32,000 nucleotides of DNA from Pirellula staleyi DSM 6068 (lineage in GTDB: Bacteria > Planctomycetota > Planctomycetia > Pirellulales > Pirellulaceae). The stretch is taken from assembly GCA_000025185.1 (NCBI GenBank), contig CP001848.1, positions 5,700,001-5,732,000 on the forward strand, given 5' to 3'. The translations under genes were made by a program, and so were the position numbers. A model generated the notes under the pieces. It saw only the letters and a list, made by a program, of their open reading frames with translations, was not told the origin of the DNA and did no database searches. This document shows, in pieces, positions 8,630 through 17,374 of this stretch. Numbering within the stretch: the stretch's first letter is position 1; each line of letters opens with the position of its first letter.

Positions 8630-10975
8630 CTATTCTTTTGCCGGAAGCGGCGGAAGTTTAGCGCTATAGTGCACGGCGCGATGACGATTGTCGTCGAAAG
8701 CGAAGTGCAAGAACTGTTTATCTTGGCTGACGAAACCATCGGGATAGTTGATTCGTCCCTGCGGACCATCCACGCTTTCGGGATGCAGCACACGTTGATA
8801 GGGCCAGGTTTTCATGCCGTCGAAGCTGATCCAGAGCGATAGCGGGCTCCGATGCTTGCTGTTGGGATTGTGCAGCATCGCAACGTTGTTCCCTCCCAGT
8901 GGATAGAGGGTTGCTTTGCTCCCTGGATTGGGAACGCGCGTGACACTGGCATACTCGGGCCAAGTTTTGCCTCCATCTTTCGACTCGGCGTAGAAGAGCA
9001 TCCCTCCCAAGCGATCGGCGCGAATGATCATCGCGATCCGACCATTGGCGAGCTCCACAATGTTGTTCTCAGCCCAGCCATGGTAGCGTTCGTCGGGTGT
9101 GAGACGAATGTTGCCATGCTCGGTCCAGGTTTTGCCACCATCGCTGGAGATCATCACGCCGTTGCGCGGATTGCTGACGTAGTGCCGCAGCGCACCGTGC
9201 CATGGAGATTTTTCTGCGGCCGGTGGAGGGGTTCCTTCGGGCGGTCCTACGTAGTGCTGAAACGGGATGAGGATTCGACCGTCACGCGCGACGATATGGT
9301 TGCGAATGAAGGTGAACTTTCCGAGTCGACCCGGGACCGGCTCAGGCTTGGTCCAGGTGTGGCAGTTATCGTCGCTGTGCATGATCCACGATTGCCAGTC
9401 GCGCCCCCAGGTTTGCGAATGGGTGCTGAAAAACGCCGTCGCGCGCTGGCCACGGATCATCACTTCCGTGATCCCCTGCCCCGCTGTGACGCCGCTACGC
9501 GGAAAACCACTTTCGACCGCTTCGATCTTCGTCCAGCTCTTCCCTTGATCGCTGCTACGGACCACGCCGATGTAGTTCTTCGGCGACGGCTCAAAATCAT
9601 CTCCCGCCAGGAAGAACAGGGCCCAAGAGCCGTCGGGCAATTCGCGTAGCGTGGTGTCGCACACCATTTTGTTCGGCGTGACACCGTCGTAGGGAATACT
9701 TCGAAAATCTTGTTTGGCATCTTCCTCGGCTTGCTTGGTCCACGCAGGGTCGGGCTGAATGGCGCTCGGCAAATGAGGGGCATACGCTTTGTTAACCAAG
9801 ATTTTGGTCTTCGCTCCTGGGGAGCTGAACGTGCCAGCCTTGATATCCGACTCGCGAAACCGCGCGAGCAAAATTTCGGCATCGGTGTGACGATTCCAGT
9901 CGTAGAGGAGATGAATCACTCCATCGGGCGATTCGACTGCATCGGGGTACGAAACCTCGGCGCGATCGTCGATCAGCAATTGATGCGGCCACGTGGCGCC
10001 GTCGTCAGTCGACAGGTAAGCGGTCATGCTCGAGCGGCGTGGTAAGCGGACGTCGAGTGGTCCATTCTTCACCAGCAGCAAGTTGCCCGAGGTGAGCCGA
10101 CGAATAAAAAATCGAGCGCTCGGGTTGGCAATTTTCGACGGTTCGGGTTTCGACCAACTCTTTCCACCATCGCTCGAAAACGACTCGCTAATCCCCTGCT
10201 TAGTGCGCGCAAGCATCCACAGTCGGCCATCGTTTTTTTCGACGATCATATGCTCGTCGAAGTCGGTACCAGGAAACTCCACACCACCGCGCCGCGTCCA
10301 GGTGGCCCCTTCGTCGGTCGACACAAACACGTTGGCCATCCGAATGACGTCGAGGTTTTTGTGGGCCTCTTTCAAAATGGCAGGGCCGATTCGATCGCGC
10401 GTCCAGAGCGAAACCGGCAGCAGCCACTCGCCATTTTTGAGCACCGTCGGTTTGTTGAGTGTGCAGCCATCGGCAAAACGGACCGGCGCGGTCCAAGTCG
10501 GTTCCTCAGCGTCGGGATTATCGCAGCGGATATACCAGTCGCCACAACGACCATCGAAGTAGCCGAGCGATTGATCGAAAAAGCACCAGAGACGTCCCCG
10601 TGGATCGGTCCAGAGATTTCCGACCAGCGCGCGACGCTGCGGTGTCCCGGCGGGATCGGTCGGGTCGATCACCACGCGTGGCTTGCTCCAGGTGTTGCCA
10701 CCATCGTCGCTCGTCGCCAGCATGAAGAAGCCGTTGGGACTATCGCCATTGCCGACCCAGCAGCTCCAGAGACGCCCTTTCGGCGTCCGCTCGATCCCGA
10801 TGATCATGTTGCCGATGCGAACTTTGTCGTCGTACTCGCGCCCCGGACTGGTGTTGACCAGCGGCGCTTCGAGCGCTAGATCGAGTTGCTGCTGGGTTAG
10901 CTCCTCGGCCGCGAGAATGGCAGCGAAGATCCCGAGCGCAAGGAGCGCCGCAGTACGTGAAAGCATGGAGTGCAT
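8630..10975 (-). CDS. Secreted protein with two tandem BNR/Asp-box (sialidase-like) beta-propellers
   Basis: ORF 8630..11089. The likely start is Met 10975 or 10966, which gives the signal peptide MHSMLSRTAALLALGIFAAILA. There are nine SxDxGxTW-type boxes (4+5), for example TSDDGGNTW, STDEGATW, SSDGGKSW, STDDGATW, SSDQGKSW, SSDGGKTW and SKDGGKTW. Confidence 0.85.
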   Translation of the reverse strand: MHSMLSRTAALLALGIFAAILAAEELTQQQLDLALEAPLVNTSPGREYDDKVRIGNMIIGIERTPKGRLWSCWVGNGDSPNGFFMLATSDDGGNTWSKPRVVIDPTDPAGTPQRRALVGNLWTDPRGRLWCFFDQSLGYFDGRCGDWYIRCDNPDAEEPTWTAPVRFADGCTLNKPTVLKNGEWLLPVSLWTRDRIGPAILKEAHKNLDVIRMANVFVSTDEGATWTRRGGVEFPGTDFDEHMIVEKNDGRLWMLARTKQGISESFSSDGGKSWSKPEPSKIANPSARFFIRRLTSGNLLLVKNGPLDVRLPRRSSMTAYLSTDDGATWPHQLLIDDRAEVSYPDAVESPDGVIHLLYDWNRHTDAEILLARFRESDIKAGTFSSPGAKTKILVNKAYAPHLPSAIQPDPAWTKQAEEDAKQDFRSIPYDGVTPNKMVCDTTLRELPDGSWALFFLAGDDFEPSPKNYIGVVRSSDQGKSWTKIEAVESGFPRSGVTAGQGITEVMIRGQRATAFFSTHSQTWGRDWQSWIMHSDDNCHTWTKPEPVPGRLGKFTFIRNHIVARDGRILIPFQHYVGPPEGTPPPAAEKSPWHGALRHYVSNPRNGVMISSDGGKTWTEHGNIRLTPDERYHGWAENNIVELANGRIAMIIRADRLGGMLFYAESKDGGKTWPEYASVTRVPNPGSKATLYPLGGNNVAMLHNPNSKHRSPLSLWISFDGMKTWPYQRVLHPESVDGPQGRINYPDGFVSQDKQFLHFAFDDNRHRAVHYSAKLPPLPAKE

Positions 10976-11088
10976 TGTGATGCTGGAGGCTTCTAGAGCA
11001 AAACAGGATTTGCCCGAGGAGAGAGAGGCAAGCAGCGTGACGCGAGTAGCGTACGCCAACAGCCGAGCCATCTCAAGCGAATCACGCA

Positions 11089-11718
11089 CTAACCAATAAT
11101 CACGCGACGATAGCTGTGGTCGTCCAGCAGCGCGCTGGTGATAGCGCGAGCGATCTTCGCCCCACCAGCGACAGACGGTTCAATCGGCGAGAGCGAGGAG
11201 TAGTCTGTTTCCTCTTGGCAAACGATCCGCAGGTCGATCAGCCGCGCGCCGATCTCAAACGCGTTACGCGTGATGATGTCGTTGAAGATCGTCAGCCCCA
11301 CCATCTCGGCATCGCCAAGCCCCGGCACATGGTCGTAAATGGTGCAGATGGTGAGTGGTAAACCTAGCAGCACCAGTTCTTCCAGAAGCGCGCGATACTC
11401 TTTGCGAAACGCGCGAATGGCATCAGCAACTTGACTGAGCGATTGACGCACCGACGACGAATTGGCGTTGAACACGTGATACGCCACGCCCAGCGCATTG
11501 TTGCCCCCAACGCTCAGCACCAAATGTGTCGTGTCGCTGGGGAGGCGCTCAAGTTGCCGCTGGACCGACGAAACCACCGCACCATCGACAGCCGCTAGCG
11601 AAGCGTGCCAATCGTGGGGCAAGATCTGCTGCAACTGTTTAATGAGCGAGGGTCCACCAGGGACATACATGGCGTTATCGAAGATCGAATCGCCAATCAG
11701 TACCACATGATTTGCCAT
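11089..11718 (-). CDS. SGNH/GDSL-family hydrolase
   Basis: The start is moved to the ATG at 11718 (MANHVVLIGDSIFDN), with AAGGAAG upstream. Block I is GDS and block III is SVGGNNA. Block V looks atypical (SPIEPS). Confidence 0.75.
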   Translation of the reverse strand: MANHVVLIGDSIFDNAMYVPGGPSLIKQLQQILPHDWHASLAAVDGAVVSSVQRQLERLPSDTTHLVLSVGGNNALGVAYHVFNANSSSVRQSLSQVADAIRAFRKEYRALLEELVLLGLPLTICTIYDHVPGLGDAEMVGLTIFNDIITRNAFEIGARLIDLRIVCQEETDYSSLSPIEPSVAGGAKIARAITSALLDDHSYRRVIIG

Positions 11719-11866
11719 CGTAGCTTCCTTTTTCGCGGGTGCGCTCGGGCAGCCCAGGTTGCAGTGCAGCATCAACGATGCAGACAACCTTGTTGGTAGC
11801 TGAGTTCGCGGCGACTTGCTACGGGTGATGGGGATTGCTGGGGCGAAACGGCTGGCTCGAGATGCA

Positions 11867-11897
11867 CACTGCTGGACTAGCCAGCTAGTAGCCACCC
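11867..11897 (-). repeat. Copy A (inverted) of the 31-37-bp intergenic box GGGTGGCTACTAGCTGGCTTGTCCAGCAGTG
   Basis: The reverse complement of 11867..11897 matches 18013..18043 and 19739..19769 with one mismatch. Confidence 0.9.
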
Positions 11898-12095
11898 TGC
11901 CGAATAACCCAAGCCAACGGCTTTGCCGTCGATAGTGGCGCGCTCCATCATGATGCGATGCAGTTTTATCCCGGGAAAACGCGGCAAATCGGTTGGGGCC
12001 CGCTGAAATGCCCCAAAACAGGATTGCTCTTTTCCGTTTTCGCTACATGCGCAACGCATGGGCGGCAGAGCCGTCGGCTGGGGTGAGACAAGAAA

Positions 12096-12132
12096 CGAAA
12101 AAGCCGGAGAGAACACGAGGTTCAGCTCCGGC
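12096..12132 (-). terminator. Intrinsic terminator after the 467-aa secreted protein gene
   Basis: On the minus strand: GCCGGAG, a 16-nt loop, CTCCGGC (12103..12109 with 12126..12132), followed by TTTTTCGTTTC. A second 8-bp hairpin (12154..12174) lies directly after the stop. Confidence 0.65.
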
Positions 12133-12183
12133 CTTGAATGATTGTTGTTGGGCGATGGAACGAATGGTTCCATCCAGTGGCAA

Positions 12184-13587
12184 CTAATCCCACCACCACT
12201 CGTCGGCCTTGAGTTGGTCGAGTGTGGTCTTCTCGCGAAGTGCCTTCACTTCTCCTTGTTCGTCGGCGAGGAGGTTTTCCTCGATCAAGGCGTCGGCTGG
12301 TTCGATATGCACGCCGCCACCGACGGGGGTCATCAGGGTCTTACCCTTCCAGATGGCGATGCAGGCGGTCTCGACTTGCTTAGGAGTTTCGTAGGTCTCG
12401 ACGGGGAAGCTCTCTTCGTTGCCGAAGAAATCCATCTTCCAGTTGCATTGACCGTAGAAGTCTTGCTGCTGGATGTAGGCGGCTGCGATCGAAATGTCGA
12501 TCAGGTTCTTCAGCTGAGCGTACACGGCGCTCTTGGCGGCCAGCTGAGGGTAGTTCTGGGTGAAGGTGGTGCAGAACGCTTCGCTGGCACGGTTCACGGT
12601 GCCACCCGCAACTGCGCGGCTGCCATCGCCATTGACCATTTCATTCTCGCCAATCAGCTTCACCCCTTGGCCGACGAGTTCCATCGCCATTTTGTCTTCG
12701 GTAACGCGAACGCATTCGTAGTTAGGGGTGAAGTACCACCGCTGCAGAGCGTTGCGCGACACATCGCGTGGGCTGGCGCGATCGACGTAGCTGACGATCT
12801 TCACGGGTGGCTGTTCGATGCCGATGCCGATCAGCTTCATACGATAGTCGGCTTCAACCATCACCTGGGCAAAGTGGGTCTTCGACGAGATGCCACGGAC
12901 GGTGACGTTTTGCAGACCGAGGTTTTCCTTCAGGCCAGCGACGATGTTATTGGCATCGCCCGGCTGTACGCGTCCGCTGATATTCACCAGGAACTGCTGC
13001 ATCTTCTGCAAGCCTTCCTTGGTGGGATCGATCGAGACAGCGATGATTTGCGTCTGTTTGCCAGCTGGTGGGTATGCACGCAGGGCAGTCACAACGTCTT
13101 GCAGTTCGAGCACAGCCCGGCCACTTTGAATGCCGAGCATTCGGCCAGCAGCATCGGGGGCAAAACCTTCAGCAGGTCCGGCCAGGACGATGTCGCCCGT
13201 TTCAGGGTAGAAGAAAACGTACTGCAGACGGGTAAGACCGGCGAGGAACTTCATTTCCTCGGCGATCCCTTGGTTATTGGCCGCACGCTGGGCGATCACG
13301 CGCTCGAGACGTGTGAGCGAGACCTTGCGAAGTGGACTGGCGGTGGCCAGATCGGCACCGAGACGGGCCTTCGCCTGAGCCTGCCACTGCTTGCTGAGAG
13401 TGCCGGTGGTGTCGTTCAGCATACGGGTGCGAAGCACGCCGCTGGAATCGACTTCCACACCAGCCGCTGCGACCTGCGCGTGGGCGATATGGGGGCAAAG
13501 GGTTGCCGCAATCGCCGCAAGGGCGAACGCACGAATGGCATGACCAATAGACAACTTGCTCACAGGAATAGCCTCAATCTCTTGCAC
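12184..13587 (-). CDS. Conserved secreted protein of unknown function (possibly the Planctomycete DUF1598 type)
   Basis: 467-aa ORF with the signal peptide ...AIRAFALAAIAATLCPHIAHAQ and a non-repetitive, globular-looking sequence. The DUF1598 assignment is from memory only. An in-frame GTG (VSKLSIG...) is an alternative start. Confidence 0.7.
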   Translation of the reverse strand: MQEIEAIPVSKLSIGHAIRAFALAAIAATLCPHIAHAQVAAAGVEVDSSGVLRTRMLNDTTGTLSKQWQAQAKARLGADLATASPLRKVSLTRLERVIAQRAANNQGIAEEMKFLAGLTRLQYVFFYPETGDIVLAGPAEGFAPDAAGRMLGIQSGRAVLELQDVVTALRAYPPAGKQTQIIAVSIDPTKEGLQKMQQFLVNISGRVQPGDANNIVAGLKENLGLQNVTVRGISSKTHFAQVMVEADYRMKLIGIGIEQPPVKIVSYVDRASPRDVSRNALQRWYFTPNYECVRVTEDKMAMELVGQGVKLIGENEMVNGDGSRAVAGGTVNRASEAFCTTFTQNYPQLAAKSAVYAQLKNLIDISIAAAYIQQQDFYGQCNWKMDFFGNEESFPVETYETPKQVETACIAIWKGKTLMTPVGGGVHIEPADALIEENLLADEQGEVKALREKTTLDQLKADEWWWD

Positions 13588-13619
13588 CGGGAGCCCAGAA
13601 AACTCGACAAGTCCCCTTT

Positions 13620-13648
13620 AGATTAGTTGGACTTGGCAAGATAGACAA
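13620..13648 (-). promoter_or_regulatory. Sigma70-like promoter for the 12184..13587 gene
   Basis: On the minus strand: TTGTCT (13648..13643), a 17-nt spacer, then TAATCT (13625..13620). It lies about 30 nt upstream of the start. Confidence 0.4.
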
Positions 13649-13791
13649 GGAATTTTGGCTAATCTGGGCGAATCTTGAGGTGCTAACCGGGGTCCATCGC
13701 GACAGCTCGAGAGGGTTGTAGCGACTGCAGGAACAGTCACACCACCCAAAGGAACTAGCGATCCGTTCTGCCGGGCTCCTCCAGCGATCCG

Positions 13792-14871
13792 TTAGTAAGC
13801 CGCTTCCACTACCTGAGCGCGGCGCACGCCGGCTGCCAGGTCCTGAGCCACTTCCACGATGATCTCGCCGGCGGTTTGGCACTCTTCAGCGGTGACATCC
13901 AGGTGCGTGACGAGCCGAATTTGCGTTGGGCTGGTCGCGAAGCAGAGTACCCCACGCGATTTCAGCTCGGCTGCAAAGATCGCTGCCCCGCCGAGTCGCG
14001 CGCTCACCTTGAAAATGATGATGTTGGTGTCGACCGGCAGGAGCGTGAGGTGCTCGCTACGGCTGACCGCAGTGGCAAGGATCTGCGCGTTGGCATGATC
14101 GTCGACCAGTCGCGCGACATGATGCTCGAGGGCGTAAGCAGCAGCTGAGGCGATCACACCGACCTGCCGCATTGCTCCGCCAAACAGTTTACGGTGACGG
14201 CGTGCTTCGACGATCATTTCCTTCGGTCCTGCGAGCGCCGAACCGATCGGGGCGCCGAGTCCCTTACTAAAGCAAATGCTGACGGTATCGAACAGGTCGC
14301 ACCAGCGGTCGGCCGCAATTCCACTGGCGGCAACGGCGTTCATCAGGCGTGCACCGTCGAGATGCACGCGCAAGCCTTCGCTCCGTCCCCAATCCGAAAT
14401 CTCTTTCACCACGTCGAAGGGCTGAACACGTCCCGCCCCACGATTGTGCGTGTTTTCGAGGCAAACCATGCGAGTCCGAACGAGGTGATCGTTCCACGGG
14501 CGAACGGTTCCCTTGAGCTGATCGACAGTCAGCACCCCCTGCTCGCCATCGAACGTGCGGGCCACGACGCCGCTCAGCTGAGCGAACGCGCCTTGCTCGT
14601 AGTTATAGATATGACAGCCCGACTCGCACAGAAACTCATCCCCCGGCTTACAGTGAATGCGAACGGCGATTTGGTTGCTCATGGAGCCCGAGGGCATGAA
14701 GATCGCCGCTTCTTTGCCGAGCAGTTTGGCGGTCATTTGCTCGAGCCGCTCGCAGGATGGATCGACATCGATCACATCGTCCCCCACTTCCGCAGCAGCC
14801 ATCGCGGCCCGCATCCCTGGAGTTGGCTTGGTGACGGTATCACTGCGCAGATCGATGATCGAAGGGGCCAT
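13792..14871 (-). CDS. ltaE: Low-specificity L-threonine aldolase
   Basis: 'IDLRSDTVTKPT', 'MPSGSMSNQ' and the PLP-lysine motif 'SICFSKGLGAPIGS'. Length is 359 aa. Confidence 0.9.
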   Translation of the reverse strand: MAPSIIDLRSDTVTKPTPGMRAAMAAAEVGDDVIDVDPSCERLEQMTAKLLGKEAAIFMPSGSMSNQIAVRIHCKPGDEFLCESGCHIYNYEQGAFAQLSGVVARTFDGEQGVLTVDQLKGTVRPWNDHLVRTRMVCLENTHNRGAGRVQPFDVVKEISDWGRSEGLRVHLDGARLMNAVAASGIAADRWCDLFDTVSICFSKGLGAPIGSALAGPKEMIVEARRHRKLFGGAMRQVGVIASAAAYALEHHVARLVDDHANAQILATAVSRSEHLTLLPVDTNIIIFKVSARLGGAAIFAAELKSRGVLCFATSPTQIRLVTHLDVTAEECQTAGEIIVEVAQDLAAGVRRAQVVEAAY

Positions 14872-14969
14872 CAGTCGAAGCTCGTTATCGCAAGAGGTGG
14901 GATTGTCGCGACACGCTTGATGGTGCGCGACTAATTGCTGCTAACGATAACGCTCCGCGAAGCCGCTGG

Positions 14970-16145
14970 CTACAGCTTCGAAAAAGCGTCGAGGGCTTGG
15001 GTGATGTGGTCGTCACTAAGGGCGGCAGAGACTTGCACGCGAAGGCGAGCTTTTCCTTTGGGTACCACGGGAAAACCAAAGCCGATCACCAGCACGCCGA
15101 GCTCCAAAAGTCGCTTGCTTTTGGCAATCGCTTCCGCCTCGTCGCCAATCATCAGCGGGATGATGGCGGTGGGTGAATCGTGGACTTCAAAGCCCAATTT
15201 TTTGAAGCCCTCGCGCAGGGTTTTCACGTTGGCATGCAAACGAGTGGCGCGCTCGGGTTCGCGCTCGAGGACTTCAATCGCTTTCCGAGCGCTCATCGCC
15301 ACGGTGGCGGGAACAGCATTCGAAAACAGGCTCGGCCGGCCGCGCTGCTCGAGTACTGAAATAGCATCGGGACTAGCCGCAACATAGCCGCCAGCCGCAC
15401 CGCCGAGCGCTTTGCCAAGCGTGCCAGTAATCACATCGATTTGACCGAGCACGCCAAAATGTTCGGGCGTTCCCCGACCAGTGGCGCCTAGCGCGCCGAT
15501 GCCGTGCGAATCGTCGACCACGAGCATCGCTTCGTACTCGCGGCAGAGCTTGATGATCTCGGGAAGTGGCGCGACATCTCCTTCCATGCTGAAGACGCCA
15601 TCGGTCACCACCCAGCGGACTTCTTTCTCGCGCGTGGCCTTGAGCTTGGCTTCGAGATCGGCCAAATCGTTGTGCTTATACACGCCGCGCTCGGCCTGTT
15701 TATTCACGAGGCGAATGCCGTCGATGATGCTCGCATGATTCAGCTCGTCGGAGAGAATCGCATCATTGGGGCCGACGAGTGTCGGGAAGACAGCTTCGTT
15801 AGCGCACCAGCAACTCACGTACGACAAAGCAGCCGCGGTGCCGACGAGTTTGGCGATCGACGCTTCGAGTTCGCGATGGCACTGGAGCGTTCCACAGATG
15901 AAGCGTACCGAAGCTGTTCCGGCCCCATATTTTCGCAGCCCCTCGTGCCCTGCTTCGATCACTTCTGGATGATCGGCCAGGCCCAAGTAGTTGTTCGAGC
16001 ACAGCACGATCGCCTCGCCGACACCAGCGATTTTGGCAGTGGCGCCGAGAGGTCCAATCAGCTCGTGAAAGGCCTTGAGTTGACGCGTCTCGCTCAGCCC
16101 GCTGAGGAGGTCGCGAGCACGGAGGTCGAAGCGGGCGTTTGGCAT
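14970..16145 (-). CDS. kbl: Glycine C-acetyltransferase (2-amino-3-ketobutyrate CoA ligase)
   Basis: 'CSNNYLGLADHPEV', 'SDELNHASIIDGIRL', 'VDDSHGIGALGATGRG' and the PLP-lysine motif 'TGTLGKALGG'. Length is 391 aa. Confidence 0.93.
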   Translation of the reverse strand: MPNARFDLRARDLLSGLSETRQLKAFHELIGPLGATAKIAGVGEAIVLCSNNYLGLADHPEVIEAGHEGLRKYGAGTASVRFICGTLQCHRELEASIAKLVGTAAALSYVSCWCANEAVFPTLVGPNDAILSDELNHASIIDGIRLVNKQAERGVYKHNDLADLEAKLKATREKEVRWVVTDGVFSMEGDVAPLPEIIKLCREYEAMLVVDDSHGIGALGATGRGTPEHFGVLGQIDVITGTLGKALGGAAGGYVAASPDAISVLEQRGRPSLFSNAVPATVAMSARKAIEVLEREPERATRLHANVKTLREGFKKLGFEVHDSPTAIIPLMIGDEAEAIAKSKRLLELGVLVIGFGFPVVPKGKARLRVQVSAALSDDHITQALDAFSKL

Positions 16146-17194
16146 GGGAGAGCTTCCTCGTGAGGGACTTCGAGCACCACTTTAATTGCTTCGCCGTTCT
16201 GCATCAGGCGGAAGCCTTGCTCGAAATTGGCGAGCGGCAATTGGTGCGTAATGATCGGAGCAAGATTGAGTCGACCCGACAGGACAAAGTTCTCGACCTG
16301 ATACCAGGTTTCGAACATTCGTCGGCCGTTGATGCCAAGGACGGTGGCACCTTTGAAGATGATATCGTTTGGCAAATCGAGCGCCACAGGCTCGCCGGGA
16401 ATTCCGAGCAGAGCCGCGGTGCCGCCGTTGCGCAGGGCCGCAAAGCCTTGACGAATCGCTACCGGATGGCCGCTCATTTCCAGCAGCACTTCCGGACCTT
16501 GATTGTGCGTGAGTCTGCGTGCTTCAGCGACCCAATTTTCGTCGCTCGAATGGAACGCGACATCAGCTCCAAGCTGTTTCGCAAGAGCGAGCCGCTTGGG
16601 ATCGCGATCGGTTACGAGAATCGTCGCAGCACCAGCAGCGCGAGCGATGGTAACAGCCATCAGGCCGATGATGCCGACGCCGGTAATCAGTACCGAGCGA
16701 CCGCTCACTCCAGCTGCCATCACGGTGTGCATGGCGTTGCCGAGCGGATCGAACACGGCAGCGATGTGATCGGGAATGCTGGGGTGTACGGGCCAGATGT
16801 TTTCTTCGGGAACGGCTACGTACTGAGCGAAACAGCCGTTGCAGTCGATGCCGAGGATATCGACCTTCTCGCAGATATGGCCATTGCCGGTACGACACGG
16901 CTGACAGACGCCACAGCCGATGTGTCCTTCGGCGCTCACACGCTGTCCGACATGGGCTCGCGTCACAGCATCGCCGATGGCAACAACCCGCCCGACGAAC
17001 TCGTGACCGGTGGTGATCCCCACCAGCACGCGGCTGCGGCTCCAGGCGTCCCATTCGTAGATGTGGCGGTCGGTGCCGCAAATGCCAGCATGGGTGACAG
17101 CAACCAGCACTTCGCGCGGACCGATGCGTGGAACTGGTGTATCATCTTGCCACCACAGCCCGGGCTCGCTCTTGAGTTTACGAATGGCGAGCAT
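16094..17194 (-). CDS. tdh: L-threonine 3-dehydrogenase (Zn-dependent MDR family)
   Basis: This is the real part of ORF 16094..17716. Starting at Met 17194, 'MLAIRKLKSEPGLWWQDDTPVP...HAGICGTDRHIYEWD' aligns with the E. coli Tdh N-terminus (alternative Met at 17236). 'GHEFVG' and the structural zinc site 'CGVCQPCRTGNGHIC' are present. The 3' end overlaps kbl by 52 nt. Confidence 0.9.
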   Translation of the reverse strand: MLAIRKLKSEPGLWWQDDTPVPRIGPREVLVAVTHAGICGTDRHIYEWDAWSRSRVLVGITTGHEFVGRVVAIGDAVTRAHVGQRVSAEGHIGCGVCQPCRTGNGHICEKVDILGIDCNGCFAQYVAVPEENIWPVHPSIPDHIAAVFDPLGNAMHTVMAAGVSGRSVLITGVGIIGLMAVTIARAAGAATILVTDRDPKRLALAKQLGADVAFHSSDENWVAEARRLTHNQGPEVLLEMSGHPVAIRQGFAALRNGGTAALLGIPGEPVALDLPNDIIFKGATVLGINGRRMFETWYQVENFVLSGRLNLAPIITHQLPLANFEQGFRLMQNGEAIKVVLEVPHEEALPCQTPASTSVLATSSAG

Positions 17195-17274
17195 GGTTGC
17201 TGGCAGTTTCGAAGGGGCTGCGGGAAGCGAAGTCATGGCGAACCTCACGAGTCGAGTGGTCAGGATCGAGGCTG

Positions 17275-17292
17275 TATTCCGATTTCCTGGAA
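17275..17292. promoter_or_regulatory. Operator-like 18-mer, site 1 (TATTCCGATTTCCTGGAA)
   Basis: It resembles site 2 (17347..17364) with 12/18 identities and shares the TATTCC...GGAA ends. It lies in the tdh / XRE-regulator divergent intergenic region. Confidence 0.3.
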
Positions 17293-17311
17293 AGCGGCCT
17301 TCATTTCTGGT

Positions 17312-17340
17312 ATAGTAGAACCATCGACTCCGACTTACAA
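17312..17340 (-). promoter_or_regulatory. Sigma70-like promoter for tdh-kbl(-ltaE)
   Basis: On the minus strand: TTGTAA (17340..17335), a 17-nt spacer, then TACTAT (17317..17312). Confidence 0.4.
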
Positions 17341-17346
17341 GACCTT

Positions 17347-17364
17347 TATTCCAATATTCCGGAA
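17347..17364. promoter_or_regulatory. Operator-like 18-mer, site 2 (TATTCCAATATTCCGGAA), containing the perfect palindrome ATTCCGGAAT
   Basis: The 10-bp palindrome lies at 17356..17365, 10 nt upstream of the regulator ATG and just upstream of the tdh -35 element. Confidence 0.3.
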
Positions 17365-17374
17365 TTCCTCTCCG

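Noticed and set aside
11719-11895. 59-codon N-terminal extension of the SGNH ORF, and similar extensions of ORFs 2821..3552, 3643..4395, 6967..7965, 8630..11089, 23186..24901 and 26039..27457
   Set aside because: In each case an internal Met gives a proper signal peptide or the conserved family N-terminus, often with an SD-like motif. The SGNH extension would also read through intergenic repeat copy A.
12142-13626. 494-aa plus-strand ORF exactly mirroring the 12184..13587 gene
   Set aside because: This is an antisense shadow ORF, common in high-GC3 genes. Its composition is Gly/Asp/Leu/His-rich and degenerate. The minus-strand protein has a signal peptide, its own promoter and its own terminator.
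16139-17374. N-terminal 412 codons of the 614-aa ORF 16139..17983
   Set aside because: This part is antisense to tdh. Only the last 202 codons (from the ATG at 17375) form the HTH-cupin regulator. The extension would also run through the tdh promoter region.
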